Source: Vicugna vicugna
Lineage: Eukaryota
DNA: 34,907 nt
NCBI GenBank assembly: GCA_013265495.1
Contig: MU057448.1
Coordinates: 150,181-185,087 of the forward strand
Direction of reading: 5' to 3'
The notes below the pieces were generated by a model. That model worked only from the letters and a program-made list of their open reading frames with translations. It was not told the DNA's origin and searched no databases. This document shows positions 1-12,734 of the stretch, in pieces. A program made the position numbers and the translations under genes. Each line of letters opens with the position of its first letter. Positions within the stretch are counted from its first letter, which is position 1.

Positions 1-900
1 TTCTCTTCAAATCAAGAAGAATCTTTTTTTCTGACAAAGAATTCTGTGTAGTTGTTTTTTTCCTTCTATACTATAAAGTTGTCATTCCACTACCTTTTCA
101 TTTTCATAGTTTCTGATAAGCCATCCATGATAATTTGGATTGATGTTCCTTTATGTAATATATTATTTTTTCTCTGCATTTTTCCAAGGTTTTCTCTTTA
201 TCTTTATGAGTGACATGCTTTTAGCCTTATGTGTAGCTTGCTGAATCTGTAAACCGATGTCTTTTCACAATTTGGGGAAAAATTCACCCATTATTTCTTC
301 AAATGTCTTTTTCTGCTCCATTCTCTCTGTTATTTCTGTCTGAGTCTACAATAATCCAAGGTTAAGTTTTCATCTTATCCACAGGCTCTGTTCTTTTGTT
401 TCTTCTTCATGTTGAATTTCTATGAATCTATTTTAAGTTAGTTTTTTCTTTCCTCTATCTCCTTTCTGCTTATAAGCCCATCAAGTAATTTTTAAAAATT
501 TCAGACAATATATTTTTTAATTCTAGAATTTCCATTTGCTACTTTTTGTGTATTCTATTTCTCTGGTAAAATTTCTTATCTTTTCAATCATTATGGAATA
601 GGTTTCTTATCTCTAATATAATTAGAATCACTGCTGTTTAGGTCTGTGATTGATAAATTCAATATCCACAAACATCAGCTTAGGCTTGACATTTGCTGAT
701 TGTCTTTTCCTTGAGAATGAATTACATATTCTTTCTTCTTGTGTCAACTAACTGGATTGCAATCCTGGATGTTATGAATGCTATGCCTTAGAGATTCTGG
801 ACTGTCTTATGTTGCTACAAAAATGTTGATGACTTTTAGGAGGCAATTAAGCTAGATTCAAACTGAAAACTTCTTGACTTTGGTGCATGGCGGTTCTAAT
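1..900 (-). mobile_element. Old, degraded LINE-1 fragment (L1M-type)
   Basis: T-rich strand with phrases typical of antisense L1, e.g. tttggggaaaaattcacccattatttcttcaaat and ttttaattctagaatttccattt. No open frame. Confidence 0.7.
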
Positions 901-992
901 TTTCAGTCCAGTCTTCTTGTGATCTGCCTCATGCACCATGACTCAGATATCATCTAGGTTCACATTTACTCCAGTTGTAGCCCGCTGTGCTT

Positions 993-1620
993 TCATTCAC
1001 TCATTCATTCACTTGATGAGTTCATCAAAGAGGCATTTATGTTGCAAATAGTAACAAATCTCTCACTGTGTGCCAGAATCCATGATACATGCAAAGAAAA
1101 GTTAAACAGAATCCCATCCCTAGAGAAGAAACAGACAGGGAATTGATCATCAAAACAGTAAAACAGCAAGCATTTTAAGAGTTGTCATAGGACTATACCT
1201 AGGCAAAATTAACCTCAGGGATGGAAGCTGATTAGGAAGTAAGAGATGATGCTTGAGCAGTTTGACAGACAAGTAAGAAATTAGTCTAGTGAAGAAAGTC
1301 AAAGGATCTCCCTTGGGGAAGCAGCTTGCTTTATAAGAGCACGGACACGCAAGAGAACATGGTGCACCTTGGGAATATGGGAAGAGGGTTCTGCCGGGAG
1401 CTAAGATATCTCTTGATAAATCAGGGTCAAACGTGAATGCTAGTCAATGCTAGTCGAAGAATTTTGACTTTATTTCAAGCACTAGGAATTTAAAATAATC
1501 TAGACTGTCATTTAAAACCAACTGATGATCAAAATTATACTGGGGAAAAGCCAATGTTTACTTGCAGGTTCTGATGTAGACAGCTGGGATGGTATGAGAG
1601 GAAAGATGCTGGATTCAAGC
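993..1620 (-). mobile_element. LINE-2 3' region
   Basis: Starts with the (CATT)n-like L2 tail tcattcactcattcattc, followed by cactgtgtgccag and aagaattttgactttattt, both typical of antisense L2. Confidence 0.7.
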
Positions 1621-1699
1621 TTGTTTATATTAATTTGAGGTAAAAAGTAACCTTGTGTCCTTAGGATTTCCACATAGAGCATAAAGTTTTTTGAATATT

Positions 1700-1858
1700 A
1701 TTTTTAATGTATTATTTTAATTAATTAATTAATTAAATTTTATTCGGGTGGGGTGGTACTAGGTTTACTTATTTATTTTTAAAGGAGGTACTGGGGATTG
1801 AACCCAGGACCTTGTGTGTGCTAAGCATGTGCTCTACCCCTTGAGCTCTACCCTCCCC
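1700..1858 (-). mobile_element. tRNA-derived SINE, camelid vic-1-like
   Basis: Minus strand reads GGGGAGGGTAGAGCTCAAGGGGTAGAGCACATGCTTAGCACACACAAGGTCCTGGGTTCAATCCCCAGTACCTCC. It has an A-box-like element, the B box GGTTCAATCCC (1794-1804), and an AT-rich tail that includes (TTAA)n. Confidence 0.88.
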
Positions 1859-2117
1859 TACTTATTTCTTCATTTTTAAAGTATTGGGCTCACTGTTGTC
1901 CTTCTCTCATACTTTGCCTGTGACTAATTGTTTTTTTAAGTTTTGCTATATCATTCTTACATAGTGCAAAAAATTTTTAATGGGTTTGAATCAAAATATG
2001 AACTATTTGAATTTTCAAAAGTGAAGTTGAAAATCAAGTGAAAAGTTTTCAAGATGGGAAGCACTATTATGTTCATAATAATCAGGACTCATTCATTATT
2101 ATAAATATGTATCGTGG

Positions 2118-2155
2118 CTGTGTGTACGTGTGTGGGTGTGTGTGTGAGAGAGAGA
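2118..2155. repeat. Imperfect (TG)n(GA)n microsatellite
   Basis: tgtgtgtacgtgtgtgggtgtgtgtgtgagagagaga. Confidence 0.85.
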
Positions 2156-2262
2156 TTTGGGTGCTGGGGCACCATGGTGAGAAATGATTCTTGTTTTCAT
2201 GGACCTTACAGTATAATGGGAGAAATACACAAATACACATTAACCACATGCTTATGAAAATA

Positions 2263-2923
2263 CAGTTGATCCTTGCAAATTCCATATTTACAAATTCACT
2301 CGAACGCTGTTTATTTGTAATCCCCACATCAATACTCACTGAACTTTTGCAGCTATTTGTGGACATTTGCACATGCAGAACAGTGAAAAATGTTGGTCTC
2401 CTGATGCTCAAATTCCAGCCTCAAGTGGAAATCGGTGATGCTCTGAGCTCTTGCTTCAGCTCTCTATGCTGAACAGATGTCCTTTCCTGTTCTCTGTAGT
2501 GCTATAGCTTTTGTTTTTTGTTTTTGAGTTGTTGGGGTTTTTTTTTGCATTTTTGTGCTTTTTGTTGGTAATTTTACTGTTTAAATCAGCCCCCAAGCAT
2601 GGTCCTGAAGTGTTGTCTAGTGTTCTATGTGCCTTAAGGAGAATCTGTGTGTGTTAAGTAAGCTTTGTCAGGCATGAGTTACAGTGCTGATGGACATGGG
2701 TTCAATGCTGAGTACTCAACAATACATATGAAATAAGATGTCTTTAACCAGAAACACATAAAACAAGGTTATGTATTGACTGGATGGTGAAAATGTTGTC
2801 ACTGGAAGTTCGGGAAAAACCTAACCCTGTATTTTCCTTTGGAGCAATGGCTCAGTATTTCCTAATTTAATGTTCAAAGCAACTTTATAGAACACAACTA
2901 CCACAGATAGCGAGAATCAAATT
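2263..2923 (+). mobile_element. Non-autonomous TcMar-Tigger DNA transposon, MER44 (Tigger7 derivative)
   Basis: Flanked by TA (2261-2262 and 2924-2925). Termini cagttgatcc... and ...gagaatcaaatt are degenerate inverted repeats. The interior matches MER44 as I recall it (ttttgtgctttttgttggt, ccccaagc..ctgaagtg, caggcatgagttacagtgctg, aaaacaaggttatgtattga, cctaaccctgtattt). Confidence 0.85.
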
Positions 2924-3064
2924 TACATATAAAATTACTATTTAGGCAGTTGGTATTAGGTAAGTGTATGCTTTTTTGTGTATGGAGACGGCAGTTACAG
3001 TGGATGATCAAGGAAGACATTCCTGAGGCTACGGTGCAGTGTTTAAGGCAAGTTTACAAGTAAA

Positions 3065-3660
3065 AGAGACTTCTAATCTGAAAAGATGCATGCACCCCAG
3101 AGTTCACAGCAGCATTAATTTCAATAGCCAAGAAACAAGGTGGTAATCTCAGTGTCCATCAATCAGATGAATGAATAATGAACATGTGGTATATATATAC
3201 ACAATGGAATATTACTCAGCCATAAAATGATTGATATTTTGCTATTTGTAACAACATGGTTTGACTTGCTGAGTGAGGTAAGTCAGAGAAAGTCAAATAC
3301 TGTATATTAGCACTTATATATGGAATCTAAAAATTGAAATAATATGAATAAATATAACAAAACCTAACAGACTCACATACATAGAGAACCAACTAGTGGT
3401 TACCAGCGGGGAGAGGAAGGGGACAAGGACAAGATAGGGGTAAGGGATTAAGAAGTACAAATTTCCATGTATAAAATAAAAAATGTACAAGGATACATTG
3501 TACAGCACAGGGAATATGGCCAATGTTTTATAGTAACTGTAAGTGGTTAATAATCTATACAATATTGAATCACTACACTGTATACCTGAAACTAATATTA
3601 TATATCAACTATACTTAAATTAAAGATAAATAAGTAATAAATAAATAAATAAATAAAATA
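3065..3660 (+). mobile_element. 5'-truncated LINE-1: ORF2 end, 3'UTR and A-rich tail
   Basis: gaaaagatgcatgcacccca, cacaatggaatattactcagccataaaa, gtacagcacagggaata, tatacctgaaactaata; ends in a (TAAA)n tail. Confidence 0.92.
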
Positions 3661-6600
3661 GGGGAAAAAAGCAGATTAAGTGTCAATAAGATTAAATAAG
3701 AATGGGTCTGTCAGTCCACCTATGGAACCAGCCCTTTAGTGAGAGAGCATATTTACTCTTATGCCTGAAAGAAGCCAGTATGGCCAAGCTCAGCACTGAG
3801 TCATAGTCATCAAAGTTTCGATGATGCAAAACTGTCTAGACCCTAACTCTAAACACTAGGACACCATTGAAAGGGGCAGATGGTGGCAATGGACTGATCA
3901 GTTTCTATTTTTGAAGAAAAAATTATATACCAAAGAACAACTCAGAAATGATAGATTAAATGAGGGTGTGGCAGAAGAGCTGAAGAAAAAAGGAGAGATA
4001 AATTTATATTTAAGTTCATCTATGGTAATTTGTAATTGAAAGACATTTCCCTGAAATCACCTAGAAAGATCTAGGTGGTATATTTTGTTTGTCTGGACTT
4101 GTTGTGGCTAAGGACAAAAGGCCTGTAGCTAATTTGACAGTTTGACTGCATAGTGACAATATGTCAGCCTCTTCCAACCAGATGAATGAGAAGAGAAAAA
4201 TAGACAAAGCTAAATGGCTTCTCATGTTTCCATCCCATTTGGTGAAAAATCTACTTTATATTCAGAAAGTCAGAGCCCATTTTTCTTTTTCCAGGAGAGA
4301 AATAAAAAGTAAGTCCACAGGAGAATGAACAATCGGGGTCTCATGGCATAAAAATCACTTTCCTTTCACGAACAAACTACAATTAAATGCAAGCAGCTTT
4401 TAATTTAAAAAGTTATGATACTTTTTGTTTTGTTTTCATCATCATTGGAGCTAGCAGCAAGTGTGGGTTAAATCTTCTATTTTAGGGTATTATATCCACA
4501 TTATTTCTTGCTTTTTGACTTTTTCCCCAGAAAAACAGGTATCTTTTCCTACACCTCATTATTTTTTCCTTCTGAAATTCTTGCTTATATATTCTGTCTT
4601 TTAAATAAATATTAACATGACTCATAATAAGTAGATTTTTGACTCAGAGACTATTCATTTGAGAATGGTTTTTTAAACTGTGGATTTATATTTAGAAGTC
4701 TCTTTAAAGAGCACTAAAGATGAAAATGATTTTAGAGATAAGCAGAGTGAAGCCTCAAGAGAGGGAGTGACTTTGAAGGAGAAAGTTAGTTTGTAGCATT
4801 CCTGGGACCAGACGTGGAGCCTCTGCATTGCACAACTTCAGGGGTTGCTTTGGGAGTGCAGGCCTCCTCTGAGATGCCAGACAGCAGCTCCGACAAAAGC
4901 CCAGATCCCGGCTTCGGACATTAGTGCTCTCCTTCTGCAGAAGGCGGTAGGCAGGAGCCATCCTCCTGAGTTGAGGCACACAGCCCAGCCACCATCCTCA
5001 CACAAATCTGGCACGTGCTATTTGATTTACCCTTCCTGTAATCAGCTGATGATTTACCAGTATGTACCCCACAATAGGGGCCAAAAATTTTGATCCACAA
5101 AATGAAAAAGGAAGTATGAGTGGATGCTAATTGTCTAAAGCGCTCAAAAATTCAACATGAATGTTAAATTTCTACTTACAGAAATTTCTGAATGTTAAAT
5201 TTCATGCTTCAACCATGCTAGCAATAAGAAAAAGAGGCCTTGCTTTTTGTCCTGGTGTGATGAGTAGTGGTTTCCTGGAGTGCAGAAGGTGATATCTTTC
5301 AGATTATTTGCGTAATAGTCTTTGCCAAGCACTCTGCCCTCCTCTGTGATGAAGTGTGTTTCAAATATTGTGCAATTAACTGTTACCAGCTATTGTGTGT
5401 GACTCACTCCCTCTGAAATAAGATAAAACAAGGGCACGGGCAAAATCTCTGAAACAATTCATAGGTTTGAAGTGCAAATGGGAATTCAAATATCAATCTC
5501 AATGTGGAAAACAGGCATTTAGACCTTGTCAGTTGCAAAAGTGAGTGATTCATAGGAAAAATAAACATTAATTCAGAAAAAAAAGAGAGAAATATACTAC
5601 TAGTCAAGGTTATGGAGGATACTGCGGGATTGATGTATATCATGTTTCTTTTTTTCCTGTAGAATCTTGATATTAGCACTTAAAAAAAAAAGCCTCATAG
5701 CAAGCTGCCCAACCCAAAAGTACTTCAGATTTACTGTGAAGCTGAGTTTTTCCTTACTGGTTGGGTTTTTCAAATGGCAGGCCATCTTTACTGTGGTCTT
5801 TAAGTGGCTGAATTTCAGGTTCCCGAAGCTCCTGCTGCTACTACCATCCCTGAAACTCAGTTCTCACGTGTGATTGGAGTATTTGGCCATGTCTGTAGTA
5901 TTCTTTGAAAGAACTGCAAAATATATAAAATCGTAATATCTCCCAGTTAGATCTAGAGTTCTTATGTCAGGAGTACAGTTAAGTTAAAAGAATTTTCCAC
6001 TTGCCCTATGAGAATACTCACAAGGAGAGGACTATACTAACCATGGACATTCAGTAACATCTAAATATGTACTAATTTATCAACTACTTTTTAAGGAGAC
6101 ATTCAGAGACAAAAGAAACTAAATTATCCAGAACTCATTTCTCCCCAGAAATCACCTCTTCACTGCTAATGTACTGATCTTAGTAACAGTAATGCTGCCC
6201 TGTCTTTTTATCTCTGTTTCTCCTAGAATATAATTGCAAACTTTTCTCAAATTAATGTATTATTGTGCATTTTTATATAGCTAGTGTTCCAATATAGAAA
6301 GTAAAAAAAAAAATTGGTGAAAAATGCAAAACCTCACATTGCTATTCATGAAAAATAACGTTAAGTACTCTCTTTAGCAATGAATACAATTGAGTGGAAT
6401 GACTTTCCTCAAGCTGGTATCACTGGAAACAGCAAACAAAACCTTTTTATTTTATGCTAACCACTTGTAAATCTTACAATGAACTTTTCTACTGATACTT
6501 CATGGTTTCTCTGGGCTTATGTAACTGGGAGAAAAAAAAAAAGCTTTTGAGCTGCATCTTGAAGCTGTAAACTTTCCACAGGCAGAGATTATCCAGATTA

Positions 6601-6699
6601 TTGAATTTACACTTTTTCACTTTGGTGTTTAAACTTTAAATGAAAATATCAGATGCTCATTGGTTAAAGTTCAAATGGTAGAAAAGGATGTATCTGTTA

Positions 6700-7125
6700 T
6701 GAATGTTTCCAACTGTGAGTAACACAAAACCTGACTACAAGTGGTTTAAACCATGAGAATGTTGTTTTTTAAAAATTTGTTTCCTTCATAAAGATCAAAG
6801 GTGTAACCACAAGAGTGAACCAAACTTCAGGCTGTCATGAACGTTCAGATTCTCTTTCTGATGTGACATGTTCATTGGGTTGTTTTTTTAATAAAGTGAT
6901 TTTTTGTCCTATAGCTGAAAATCCTAGGCAGGATGAATCATACGTATTCCTTCTATGGAATAAGTAGTGTGAAAACTCAAACATCTATCTCTACTCCCCA
7001 AAGAGGCACTATCCTTCTTGGGATATAAGAAGAGATTGGGAAGTGGAAGAAGCACGTGTCCCAAGCTTTCCTCAACACCTGCAGACAGGTAAGCCTGGCC
7101 TCCCCATATAGAACAATAGTCACAC
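6700..7125 (-). mobile_element. Possible very old MaLR/ERVL LTR fragment
   Basis: gtgagtaacacaaaacctgactacaagtggtttaaac resembles the end of old MLT1/LTR33-type LTRs. Highly diverged. Confidence 0.4.
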
Positions 7126-7344
7126 TCAATCTGATTCATCAATATCATGTTGATTTTTACATTGTTCTCAATTAAACAAGAGTGAGCTTTTAAGGACAAA
7201 TAAGCTCATGCCTCAAGGATAGTAAGTTCTAGACTTCTCACAACGCTCTAGCTCATTTTGGTCTGGACCCTCACAGCAGCCGTCAGAGCACCTGCTTTGT
7301 CTTGACCCTGCTGTGCACCAGCCGCTGGGGCTGCCTCACTTGGG

Positions 7345-7690
7345 CGCAGCATAGATGCGCTCAGCTCTCTGTCCAGCTGTTTCCTCCTCTGCAATGTTCT
7401 TCTCATCTGAAGTCTTGTCTACTCTCCTCTCACTTCCATCAGGTGGTTATTCAAATCCTGCTTCTCAGAGAAGCCTTGCCTCACTGCCCTTCTACAGGAG
7501 CAGCACACCCCAGCCCACCACTCCCACCACTCTCCTTGCTTCTATTTTTATCCTTATGATATCCAGCATTCTCTGTATTAATTATTTTTTTTTTGGCACC
7601 TGGAGCAAAACCTAAGTTTTCTGAAGGCAGGAATTTTTGTCTCTTTGCTCAGCGTGGTAACTCTGGCAGAGAAAACAGTTCCAAATTTGG
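7345..7690 (+). mobile_element. LINE-2 (L2a-like) 3' region
   Basis: tctcacttccatcagg..ttcaaat..cttctcagagaagcctt and taagttttctgaaggcaggaatttttgtctctttgctca are L2 hallmarks. Confidence 0.75.
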
Positions 7691-8187
7691 GAACTTCACA
7701 AGATTTGGGCAAATTGAGTTTTGAGTTAGGGTCTCAGGCATGGTGCAAGGGGAAAGTGACAAAGCAACTAAGATTCACTGCTAAGACACAAAACAGTCAG
7801 TACTGTGTGTGGTTTTCCTTTGTCTCCTTTTCTAGATGGCTCTATGTATTGATGTTTTGCGTTTGTCTCTCTGGTGCGGAATACTGTGTGTGCTTAGGGA
7901 ATGCTTAGATGCACCTGCAGGTAGGAAAAATAGGTTTCTCAGCTATTCACGTCACTGTGGCAGGAGCTGGTACACCGGGGTGGAGGGAGAGGGGCACTGG
8001 CTTTGTTGTCCTTTCTGTTTCCTGTCATCCCACCCATCTTCTGTCACTGCTCACCCCAAAGAGAACCAATCAAGGCAAGGTAAGAGTTTCCTCAATGTGT
8101 CTTCAATGAAATCTGTGGCAGACTTTGGAAGAGGACCTGAAAGTGTTCTCCACAGCATCTTTCAATTTGACGTAAGTAATAATCTGG

Positions 8188-8405
8188 ACAATAGCAATAC
8201 TAAATTCTAACGGCCTTTCCTGAGAGTCAGGCACTTGTCCAGCAAACATCACCCCACTTAATGTTCAGCACAGTCCTAGAGGGCATGTCCTAGATTTACT
8301 CCAATTCCAGGTAGGAGGGACACTGCCCAAGGTCACCATCCAATTGCAAGAGCCAGGAGTTTCCCCCAAGCAGTCTGGCTCCAGACTGCATGCTCTTAAC
8401 CACTC
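8188..8405 (-). mobile_element. MIR SINE
   Basis: MIR core ctgcccaaggtcac and head cccaagcagtctggctccagactgcatgctcttaaccact. Confidence 0.85.
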
Positions 8406-8879
8406 TTAGACTATCCTGTCTTTATTGTCTCCGACCTATGATTCTTTCTTAATGTGTTTTTGTGAATTTATGAACTTCTTTTGTTTTCAGTAATATCCTC
8501 ATATTCTTATTTTATTATAGTTTTGGGTTCATCAGTAATATATCTTGACTTTTAATAAATATCATTTAGGCATCTATTACTATTATGCATATTTTAAAAT
8601 GTATTAATAAAATACATTCACTACTAATGCACTTCAGGGAAAAAGTCACTTGGTGGCTTTGTGTTATAGCTTTTAATGAACACTAGATTCTTTTTGCTGG
8701 TATGTTTTATGGAATTTTGAATTTATTTTCTGTTGGTCTGTGAGTTTTCTTTCTATGTAACATCTTTTTTTTAAAAGGTGTGTATTAATTTTTGTTCAGG
8801 TTTTCTGTTCTTTACATTCCGGAGCAGTTAAAATTCATGGGAAGTATTTTTCCTTGAAGTTTTGGAAGTTTTACCTATG

Positions 8880-9145
8880 AGTATAATCTTACGTTGGCTG
8901 CTTATCCAACCACTTGCCCTAAAGCCTGTTAGGATGCTTGTCTCATAATTCCTGGGAAAAGGTCACATTTTCTCACTTCTCCATTCCTGTAACAAAGCAG
9001 GACCCTATTGTTTTAGAGGCATTAGCCCGCTGTGACCTTCTTTGTCTGGGAAAAAAAAATAAAGCTGCCTTTTCTACTTCATCCACAACTCTGTCCTTGA
9101 GTCTCACTTTGGTTAGCAGAGTACAGAGGCTGTGTTTCAGCAACA
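8880..9145 (+). mobile_element. ERV1-type LTR, 3' part
   Basis: AATAAA in aaaaataaagctg, a U5-like tract, and the terminal tttcagcaaca (ends in CA). 5' boundary unclear. Confidence 0.65.
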
Positions 9146-10130
9146 TTCCTATCTATGTGCAAATCTCTCAGTTTTGAATTTAGTTTCTGTCCCTCTTTGC
9201 TTAATTCATTTTTGATAAAATAATATCTCTTGGCTTCTGTTCTCAGCTCTGTGAGGGCTAAGTTATTAGACTTTCTCAAAATGACAGACAGCATATTTTG
9301 TGTAAAGCGTGTACTCTGTAAATGCAGGAGGGGAAGGAGGAGAGAGAGAATGAGAGAAAGAAAATTTAGCCATTTGAGAGCTTAGATAATTCTATGATAA
9401 ATTATAATTTGTACATTTTGTGTCATGTAGATTTACCTATTACCAATTCACTTCTTAATTTATGAAAATTCCATGTTGTGTTTATTAAAGAGTACTTTTT
9501 TGTTTCAGTTCCCCATCATCTTTATAATCATGTGTATGTGGTGTATATGTCTCTAGCAGAAGCTTGAACAAAATATGACAGCCCTAATGTCTGAGGGCTG
9601 AACTTTAAGTGAATTTTTCTATTACTGAGGATGTAACAGATTTATAAACAATTAAAAATCCTTTAAAAGAACAAGCTTAAAAATCCAATGATCCTATGAA
9701 TTTAATTACAAAATTGGTAGTTTATTACAGAACTTTTTGTAGACATGTGTATTCCTTTTCCAGGTAAATACCTAACACAGATTTGTTGGGTCAGGGTAAC
9801 TATACCCTTTATTTATTAGAAACTACCAAAGATGATTCCAAAGTGGTTGTGCCATTTTTCATCCACACCAGCAGTATTGCTCCACAACCTCCCTTCTCAG
9901 TATTATCAGTCTGTTTAATTTTAAGCTATTCTACTGAAAGGCAAAAATTATTTCATTTTGCCTTTATTTGCACTTTTCTAATGATTGAAGACACTAAATC
10001 CCTATTTATGTACTTATTGGCCCTAATCTATCTTACCCAAATTCTGTCCATTAAAATGTTTGCCCATTTTTATTGTGTTTTGTCTTTCATATTTTAGGAA
10101 TTCTTTTCACATGCTTGACACGAGTCCCTG

Positions 10131-10580
10131 TGTTACTGAGCCCAAACTCGTTCTGCTCGTTGCACGACAGGCCAGTAAATTGGGAGACTAGGTGCTGGGG
10201 CAAGGAATAGAGACTTTATTTGGAAAGCCAAGAGACTGAGAGAATGGCAGACTAATGTCTTGAAGAAACATCCTGCTCCATTCAGAATGCAGGCTCCTTT
10301 TATTTAAAACAAATCAGCAACAAAAACAGAGGAAGGGGTGTGGTTGGTTGTTGTGAACTTCTTGGTGTAGGAATTCTTTGTTCCTGCAGCTGTCCACGGA
10401 GGGCCAGAGCATGGTGCTCCTGCAAAACCTCTGATAAAACAAATGTTACTCTCTATTCTGCAACTTGTTATCTTTAAGTGAGTGCAGAGCTGGCAAGACT
10501 AAGCCTAGGAAACAGGGCACAGCGTCAAAGCCAAAGGAGCAGATCTAATTATAGAGTCAGATTTGTTCTTTTCTACTACA
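10131..10580 (-). mobile_element. Solo ERV1-type LTR, copy 1 (same family as 26097-26599)
   Basis: TG...CA termini (tgttac...actaca), minus-strand AATAAA at 10215-10220, and end-to-end similarity to copy 2. Confidence 0.85.
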
Positions 10581-10719
10581 GTTAGTCAGATTAAAGTATA
10601 CTGGTTATCTTCTACCTGTCTGTGGATTAACTTTTCATTTTCTTAACTATATTTTTGAATAGGCAAAAATTTTAATTTTAATGAAATTTATTTTGTGAGC
10701 TTGTTTCTTTAAGATGGGT

Positions 10720-10885
10720 TTCTTAGATATGTCAATTTCACTAGGCAACAGTTTCTAGTTTTTCAACTTAACTCTTACCTAAATATCACTGTGAAGATAT
10801 AAGTGAGGGAGATTAATCTGGAACATCAAGTGGGCCTGACTGAATCAGTTAGGTATTAAAAGTAGGGCTGATACAGGTGAGGGGA
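10720..10885 (+). mobile_element. Possible MLT2/MLT1-type LTR fragment
   Basis: gtgggcctgactgaatcagtt..ttaaaagtagggctga resembles the MLT2 motif gtgggcctcatccaatcagttgaagg. Confidence 0.45.
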
Positions 10886-11688
10886 GAGATAGTCATTTTC
10901 CTATGTTTTCTTTTGGAAACTTTATAGTCTTAGATTGTATATTTAAGTTTATGATCTGTATTACAGTTTTCTGTGTGTATGTTTGGATATAATGAATGAG
11001 ATTTATTTTTCCCTTCATTCGAATACTCACTTTTTCTAGTAACATTTCTCAAAAAATGTTTTAATTCTAATTGGATTGCCTTATCATCTTTATCAAAAAA
11101 TAATTTATCAAATACATATGGGTCTCTGTCTGGAGGTGCTACTCTTTTATTTCTCTATCTTTTCAAACCTTATTCCAATTTATATTGTCATAATTACTAG
11201 AGCCTTATAGTGAATCTTGAAGCCATGTTGTTTAAGATTTTCAATTTTGTTTTTACTTGGCTATTTTAGATGCTTTGTACTATACATAAATTTTAGAATC
11301 AGCATGTCAAATTCTACAAATGTATAATAATATTTAAATTAGTTGTGTACAAATTTAAAGAAACAATGGAATGCTGTTTTGAATAACAAAATATTTGTTC
11401 TAAACTATCCCATATAATGATTCATATTTGATTCTTACAATAAATAGTGTTAATTTTTAATGAATATATATATATAATCAACTAAGAATTTTCTTATAAA
11501 AAGTTCAAGTAAATGATTTAGGAATGCATTGTTTTTCTTGTTTTTGTTTGTTTCAATAACCTTAAAACCAGCTTTCCCCACATTTGTCCATTTGATCTTT
11601 TAAGACTAATTTTGCTACCATAGCTTGTAATTTAAATTAAATTGACTAAATATGAATTTTCCTGCTTTGTCTGTTTAGTAATTTCCTT

Positions 11689-12490
11689 TTTTTAACTTTT
11701 TTTTACTGAGTTACAGTCATTTTACAACATTGTATCAAAATCCAGTGTAGAGCACAATTTTTCAGTTATACATGAGCATACCTTTATTCACTGTCACTTT
11801 TTTTTTTGCTTTGAGCTACCATAAGATCTTGTATATATTTCCTTGTGCTATACAGTATAATCTTGTTTATCTATTCTGCATATGCCTGTCAGTATCTACA
11901 AATTTTGAAATCCCAGTCTGTCCCTTCTGACCCCCCACCCCCTTGGCAACCACAAGTTTGTATTCTATGTCTATGGGTCTGTTTCTGTTTTGTATTTCTG
12001 TTCATTTTTTTTCTTAGATTCCACATATGAGTGATCTCATATGGTATTTTTGTTTCTCTTTCTGGCTTACTTCACTTAGAATGACATTCTCCAGGAACAT
12101 CCATGTTGCTACAAATGGCATTATGTTGTCATTTTTTATGGCTGAATAGCATTCCATTGTATAAATATACTACTTCTTCTTTATCCTGTCATCTGTTGAT
12201 GGACATCTATGATGTTTCCATGTCTTGGATATTGTAAACAGTGCTGCTATGAACATTGGGGTGCAGGTGTCATCCTGAAGTAGGGTTCCTTCTATATATA
12301 TGCCTAGGAGTGGGATTCCTGGGTCATACAGTAAGCCTATTCCTAGTCTTTTGAGGAATCACCATCCTGTTTTCCATGGTGGCTGCACCAAACTGCATTC
12401 CCACCAGCAGTGTAGGAGGATTCCCTTTTCTCCACAGTGTCTCCAGCATTTGTCATTTGTGAACTTTTGAATGATGGCCATTCTGGCTGG
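11689..12490 (-). mobile_element. Lineage-specific 5'-truncated LINE-1 with 13-bp target-site duplication
   Basis: TSD tagtaatttcctt at 11676-11688 and 12491-12503; poly-T at the left end. Minus strand translates to [40 protein letters not shown], the ORF2p C-terminal cysteine-rich motif. Confidence 0.96.
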
Positions 12491-12734
12491 TAGTAATTTC
12501 CTTGATATTGAAATTATGCTTGCCACTTGGATGTCTTCAGAGATCCACCTGAAAGTAATACATTAGAGAAATTGTGCACTGTAGCATCAAAGATCTTTGC
12601 TCAAATTGAAATTTATTCTGCTAGGAAGACAATAGACTTTATAACTGAGTAAAACTTAGAAACTAATACTTTTGAATTTCTAGCATCAAATTTTTATCTT
12701 AAGCAGTCAAATAAATTGTTACTATTAATGTAAG

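Larger units (their letters stand above)
9740..11340 (-). mobile_element. Old LINE-1 fragment interrupted by LTR insertions
   Basis: Antisense L1 phrases ttccaaagtggttgtgccatttt, tttgcccatttttattg and ttttagaatcagcatgtcaaattctacaaa; the element resumes after the LTR at 10131-10580. Confidence 0.8.

Noticed and set aside
1436..1455. 10-bp tandem repeat aatgctagtc x2
   Set aside because: Ordinary slippage duplication inside an L2 remnant.
1784..1858. Functional tRNA gene
   Set aside because: The A-box region is mutated, I see no proper acceptor stem, and a SINE-type tail follows.
4058..4077. 8-bp hairpin cacctaga/tctaggtg
   Set aside because: Short enough to occur by chance in 35 kb.
5640..5873. 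Strong plus-strand acceptor (tttctttttttcctgtag at about 5662) and short overlapping ORFs
   Set aside because: No recognisable peptide or matching donor; such acceptor-like tracts are common in AT-rich DNA.
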